Assembly (NCBI GenBank): GCA_964247055.1
Contig: OZ176053.1
Location: forward strand, 2,542,001-2,606,000
Direction: 5' to 3'
Length of the DNA stretch: 64,000 nucleotides
Source of the DNA: Paragordius varius
Taxonomy: Eukaryota; Animalia; Nematomorpha
The notes beneath the pieces are model-generated. The model saw only the letters and a list, made by a program, of their open reading frames with translations. It searched no databases and was not told the origin of the DNA. Made by a program: the position numbers and the translations under genes. Below, piece by piece: positions 58,101 through 64,000 of this stretch (the first letter of the stretch is position 1; each line of letters opens with the position of its first letter).

Positions 58101-61100
58101 AACATTTCACATATAAAGTTTAGTTTTTTAAGACAATTCCCATATTATATAAAAACAGTCAACTAATTAATTCATATATATATATATATATATTAATAAG
58201 GTCTGTACATTTTAGTTCCACAACTGAAAAAAATCCACAATTGATTTTTTATTCATATTTAATCGTAATAACCATTTTATAATAATGCGAAAATAACTTG
58301 TCTTAACAACACCAAAGTTTTTTTGATTAAAAAGCATAAATAATTTTCTCAATTGATTGTGCAAATTTACCAATCCAAAACGTAAAAGAAAATAATTACA
58401 CTATGTTGCACAACGAAATTGTGTATAATAATAATGATTGAAGCATTAACACCCTTATTATAAAAATGATCATATTCATAATTTATAACTCAATCTTGTT
58501 AGAACTATTCTTATGTGTCTAGTTTTGGCTTACAAAAATGATGGAAAACTTTGTATTACCAATCTTTTGTGCTCTAAAACTAAATCCATTTTTGTCAAAA
58601 ATGAAAAATATTTCGAGTAGTTGTGTAATTAAAATTAAAATAGGCAAAACCAAATGTATTGTGCAATGAAAAACAAATTGAATATAACTTTTTGTGTCTA
58701 AAATATTAAAATATCTCCAAAAAATTTTTGCGTCAATAACAAAAAAATAGCATTTTTGATTAGGTATGTCATAAACACTAATAAAAAAATAAGCCATAAG
58801 ACCTTATTACAAAGTGCAAACGTGATTTTTCTACTTTTTGATTTAGAAAAATCATATTATATGCTAAAACCTTTTTGCCGCAAAACAAAATATAATCATT
58901 TTAGAATAGCTAAGTGAGTAATCAACACAAAATTATGCAATACGAACCTCATTACAAAGTAAATAGCGTAAAAATCAATTCTTTAAAGTAGAAAAGAGAG
59001 GTATATACAGTAAAGCGCACAATTATAGGCTATATCGGTATTCTAAATGGCTAAAGGGTACTTAATTTACGTGTCAGTAGCAATGTATAAGATTTATCGT
59101 TTTAATTAGTTACATTTTTAGAATTATGAAAAAAAAATACAGCCAGTATAAATAAAAACGAAAAATCTTACACATGGCAACAACCTCGTAAAAATAATGA
59201 TATATGAGCAACTGTAATTAAAAGCAAAGTCTAATCTATATATTTATAAAAATGGAAAATGCTGGCTTTGTGATCTGGTACAGGAAAACCGGTAGACCCA
59301 ATCATATCCAAACTTCGAAAAAATATAATCATTAATGAATGCCCCGACAATAGCTTCGCCCTTTTTTTAAAATAGGCCCCCAGTTCGGGCCCACCCCGTG
59401 TGAAAAACTGGTTTTTTTTGAAAACAGAAGTCCACAAAAATCGTTTGAGACAATTTTCCGGAGAACGTGTTGGACCATTCAATTTCAAATATGATTTTTG
59501 TTTACTTATTTTCGATTGCGCTGAACAAAGCCGAGCCACTTTTTTGATTTAGGCCCTCTTTTTACCCGCTCCCCCCGTGAAATGCCACCTTTTTCAAAAA
59601 ACAAAGTCCCAAAAATAAATTTTTAAATGGATTTTTCGCCCTAGGTAGAGACCGTAAAAATTCAATAAAGACTCCAAGTATTGCCTGTTAAAAGGCAAAA
59701 ATTTTAGTCTACCGTTTATTTGATGATAGCTGCTGGGTAAGGAGCTACCCGCTAAAAACTGATTTTTCATATAACTTTGTGATCTGTTTCCGGAAAACCG
59801 GTGAACCCAATCAAATCCAAACATCGAAAAAATTTAATGATTAATGAATGCCCCGACAATAGCTTCGCCCTTTTTTGGAATTAGGTTCCCAGTTTGGGCC
59901 CACCCCGTGTGAAAAATGGGTTAAGTCAATTTTTTGAAGAACGTGTTGGACCATTCAATTTCAAATATGATTTTTGTTTACTTATTTTCGATTGCGCCGA
60001 ACATAGTCGAGTCACTTTTTTGATTTAGGCCCTCTTTTTACCCGCTCCCCCCGTAAAATGCCATTTTTTTCAAAAAAAAACAAAGTCCACAAAAATATTT
60101 TTTTGATTGTATTTTTTTGCCCAAGGTATGAGACTCTAAAAATTCGAGAAGGTTTTTTTCGTATTGCCTGTTAAAAGGCAATAATTTTAGTCAAGCGTTT
60201 CTTTGATGATAGATGCTGAGTAAGGAGTATCTATCATATGTATAGCATGTTAAAAGATATATGGATATTAATATATTATTTATGGCAATCTCTATATTTA
60301 TAAAATTGGAAAATGCTGGCTTTGTGATCTGGTACAGGAAAACCGGTAGACCCAATCAAATCCAAACTTCGATAAAATATAATCATTAATAAATGTCCCG
60401 ACAATAGCTTCGCCCTTTTTTTAAAATAGGCCCCCAGTTCGGGCCCACCCCGTATGAAAAACGGGTTTTTTTTAAAAACAGAAGTCCACAAAAATCGTGT
60501 CTTTGAGACAATTTTCCGGAGAACGTGTTGGACCATTCAATTTCAAATATGATTTTTGTTTACTTATTTTCGATTGCGCCGAACATAGTCGAGTCACTTT
60601 TTTGATTTAGGCCCTCTTTTTACCCGCTCCCCCCGTAAAATGCCATTTTTTTCAAAAAACAAAGTCCCAAAAATAAATTTTTAAATGGATTTTTCGCCCT
60701 AGGTAGAGACCGTAAAAATTCAATAAAGACTCCACGTATTGCCTGTTAAAAGGCAAAAATTTTAGTCTACCGTTTATTTGATGATAGCTGCTGGGTAAGG
60801 AGCTACCCGCTAAAAACTGATTTTTCATATAACTTTGTGATCTGTTTCCGGAAAACCGGTGAACCCAATCAAATCCAAACATCGAAAAAATTTAATGATT
60901 AATGAATGCCCCGACAATAGCTTCGCCCTTTTTTGGAATTAGGTTCCCAGTTTGGGCCCACCCCGTGTGAAAAATGGGTTAAGTCAATTTTTTGAAGAAC
61001 GTGTTGGACCATTCAATTTCAAATATGATTTTTGTTTACTTATTTTCGATTGCGCCGAACATAGTCGAGTCACTTTTTTGATTTAGGCCCTCTTTTTACC

Positions 61101-62156
61101 CGCTCCCCCCGTAAAATGCCATTTTTTTCAAAAAAAAAACAAAGTCCACAAAAATATTTTTTTGATTGTATTTTTTTGCCCAAGGTATGAGACTCTAAAA
61201 ATTCGAGAAGGTTTTTTTCGTATTGCCTGTTAAAAGGCAATAATTTTAGTCAGGCGTTTCTTTGATGATAGTTGCTGAGTAAGGAGTATCTATCATATGT
61301 ATAGCATGTTAAAAGATAATATAAACCTCATCACAATGCGCACAACGTGATTTGAACGTTTCAGCGAAATGGCGTTCACAATACAATCGTTCATCCTTAA
61401 CGCAATGCGTAAGATCGACTAAGAGTTCTCGGCATACAACACACGTAAAACAAGCCGGATGCCACGCCGCAATAAATGGTTCAAGATGCGGATCAGTTTT
61501 ATTTTTGTCTACTTTGTCACCAATTCTGTTTTGATCGGACCCGATATCTTTGGGTACATCTGGACTGTTTCCATGCTCTCTATATAGCAGCAGTAATCAT
61601 CAAATTTGTTATAGATAAAACACAAAAATGGCTTGAATTTTCAACCATGAAAATTGGTAAGCCCCAAGATTTAATAAACAGGAATAAATTTATTATATTT
61701 CATTCATAAACTGTAAAATTATTTATGGCCACGATATACTTACGTATTTATTGTTTTTGATTTTTAGTTGTAACTTCGTTGGCAACATATCAAAAGATAT
61801 ATACAGATTTGCCAACCATTTAATGAAAATAAAGATATCTTCCACAAAAAAAGTTAAATTTAATTATCTTTACGGTAAGTGAATGGTATAAACCTAACTT
61901 ATAATGTAGTATTTATTTAGTTTTTTTTTCAAATTTTCAGCGGGCCGTAAAAAAATTAGAGGGCTGTAGCCCGAGTGTTGCCTGTGTTCGAGAGTATAAA
62001 ACATATTAAATGGCAAGAAAATAAGTAGTGTTTCAAATAGTTAGCATAGTTATAATATTACTGTTCGTCGTTATTGGGTAAATTTGGAGGTTTGAGTTTG
62101 GGCGAATATACGGCAATATCATCATATTCAATTTCACGTTTGCAATTATGACAAGC
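47229..62156 (-). CDS. Lmpt: Limpet / FHL2-like multi-LIM protein (5'-partial)
   Basis: Exons 62156-62062, 61579-61327, 50975-50775, 50294-50120, 48925-48756, 48211-48025 and 47401-47229 join in frame over six LIM domains. RCAHCDE|[16 protein letters not shown] spans a 10.35-kb intron. Ends [14 protein letters not shown]...[12 protein letters not shown]. Upstream (PET-domain) exons not found. Confidence 0.9.
49036..49127. repeat. Perfect 46-bp tandem duplication in Limpet intron
   Basis: TATATATAACGATAATATTATAAATTTTAAATTAATTATTTCATAA occurs twice, at 49036 and 49082. Confidence 0.9.
49834..50083. mobile_element. MITE, same family as 27808-28074, opposite orientation, in Limpet intron
   Basis: TA|AACCATTTACAATTCAAATT ... 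AATTTGAACTGTAAATGGTA|TA. Confidence 0.8.
56237..57427 (-). mobile_element. Decayed mariner-like element in the 10-kb Limpet intron
   Basis: Minus-strand translation gives broken mariner motifs: [35 protein letters not shown] (YSPDLAPSD-like) and [10 protein letters not shown]. Multiple stops and frameshifts. The ~1.19-kb ends are approximate, from degenerate TATA..TGG..CATAAG..GGTTT TIRs. Confidence 0.85.
59235..61318 (+). mobile_element. Tandem pair of Helitron-like units, each built from two ~510-545 bp subunits
   Basis: 5' termini A|TCTATATATTTATAAAAATGG (59235) and A|TCTCTATATTTATAAAATTGG (60289). The anchor CTTTGTGATCTG recurs near 59267, 59775, 60320 and 60833. Near-identical ORFs 59594..59824 and 60652..60882 are 1058 bp apart. 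No CTRR/hairpin 3' end seen. Confidence 0.8.
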
Positions 62157-64000
62157 CTATAATATTCAATAATTATATAAAAAGGCTTTGAAATACTTTT
62201 AAAAACTATAAAATATTAACTAACCTAAATATTATATACTTTAAAAAAATATGTATATTTATTGTTAATTAAATCGATTATTCTTTGATTATCGTTTTAA
62301 ATGTAAACAAATAAACCGTCTCTAAACAGCTATCAAACAATTAAAGATTCCCCCTAAGTAACATCGATATAGAATATAGCCCAATATATTAAAATTTTCA
62401 ATATCCCATTCAAAATACGAATTTTTACATAAAAAACAACGCCTAGAGGTTCATCATTTTTCCTTCTTTGAATAAAAGTTATTAAGGCGCATAAATTATT
62501 TTCTTAATTCATCTCTGATTAATGTTAAATATATCATTACCGTTAAAAAAACATTAATATCCTGACCCTCTAAAAAATTGAAAAATATAAAAAGGTCATT
62601 TGTCATAAAATTAACTAGCGAAATGGTTTAATACGTTATCTATTTCCTTTTAAAATGCATTAGTTTTGGCTACTTGCGAAAAACTGTTTAATAAAGACTT
62701 CGGACAAAGTCATACATAAAGCGGATCCAGTCGGTTGTATTTATATTAACACGGTAAGAATTTATGGTAACTAATAATTTTATATAATTAACATGGTATA
62801 TAAAGTGTGCTGCATATCTCAAACTGAGTTATATAAGGAAATCGCTATACAGTTTCGCTAGAGATTATAGATAGGCATTTTAGCGGAAGCAAAACAGGTA
62901 TATAAGGATAACAAATAAATACATACTGCAGAAATATATTTTCAAAAATTTAGTTACATAACTTTGATACAGAAAAATGTATTGAACATGCATTCGCCGA
63001 AAAATCAATCTTAGTCTTAAAAATTAAGACAATCTATTCTTTTTTAATTATAAGCTATTTATTAACGCCATTCTTCAGTAATGAAAAATGACTTATAAAA
63101 TTATGTATCTTGGCATCTGCATGTAATCTTTTGGGAACTCAAATTTGCGATAGAACAATCAGGTAAAAAAAGTGTTCACTTCTCTAAAGTTTAAATAAAT
63201 ATTAAGGCCTTTATTTAATTTGTCAGTGTGCACCATCATGCTTGTATAAAGAAAAAAATATATTATAAGTTACACTATCTATATTTTTAAAATGATTTAA
63301 TCTGAATTTGCAAAACACAACTACAAATTACAATATAATCATTTATCAATGTTATGCAGAAATTATGGAATTGGCATATTTTTATACACAATAGATGTGA
63401 AAAATACTATCTTTCCATACAATTACTATTGATATTTTTATGTTTAAAAATTATGTGTATTATAATAATTAATTCAATATTAATATATTAAAGCATTGAT
63501 ATTTTTGAGAATATATAACTATATTATATTAATTTTTCTTTGTTACAATCTAGCTCAGCGTGGAATATCAAGTAAGAACGTTTGTGAAAAATACTTGGCT
63601 AATTTAATATGCGATTATTGTTGTTACATGCTCAACAAAATTAATTGGTATATTATTACTAAATACCGCAACAAAAAATCACTCTACAGTCGTTACATAT
63701 AATAAGTAATTTTGAAAAAAGGAACAGTAAGCATTAACCAAACTTTAGTAGTAAAAGTATTAAACAGTTGTCATGTCATAATATATATATTCATAAAAAT
63801 ATTTTTTGATTAAAAAACCAAAGACCTAAACCAAATAGTTCGTTTATAAATTAGCTTTTATTTCTCATTAAAGCAGCATGGAGAAAGCAGGCATGTAACA
63901 AATGAATGGTAATTTTATGATAAATGGTTATTTTTTTGATTTGCATAGATGATTAAAAAACATAAATATAATGTATAAAATTTTGATTGTATGATTGGAA

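Noticed and set aside
59231-60882. Duplicated ORFs 59231..59539 / 60276..60536 and 59594..59824 / 60652..60882
   Set aside because: These are chance frames in the repeat unit, with no RepHel or other motif.
59280-61000. Repeated CCGGAA / TTCCGGAA motifs as ETS/STAT sites carried by the Helitron
   Set aside because: The motifs are short, partial matches, and their recurrence simply reflects the duplication.

Overview
Very AT-rich eukaryotic DNA from an invertebrate animal; the species cannot be determined from the sequence. I reconstructed six intron-containing genes by hand from GT-AG sites and reading-frame continuity: SoxD (+), a KDM7/PHF8-type PHD-JmjC demethylase (-), RPRD1A/B (-), glycine cleavage H protein (+), PKA type-II regulatory subunit (-) and the 3' part of a Limpet/FHL2-like LIM gene (-), whose 5' exons were not found. 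Intergenic DNA and the larger introns hold many DNA transposons: two hAT elements with perfect 8-bp TSDs, a CACTA-like element, a decayed mariner, several MITE families and a modular Helitron-like family. Main oddities: 15 of 46 predicted introns are only 25-40 nt, while one is 10 kb; a ~350-aa low-complexity insert at the entry of the KDM7 JmjC domain; Ser at the cGMP-selectivity position of both PKA-RII cyclic-nucleotide sites; a ~45-aa insert in a LIM zinc knuckle; a hAT carrying an inverted copy of its own transposase; and head-to-head start codons only 58 nt apart. No rRNA, tRNA or CRISPR was seen. All gene models and similarities are by eye and lack transcript support.
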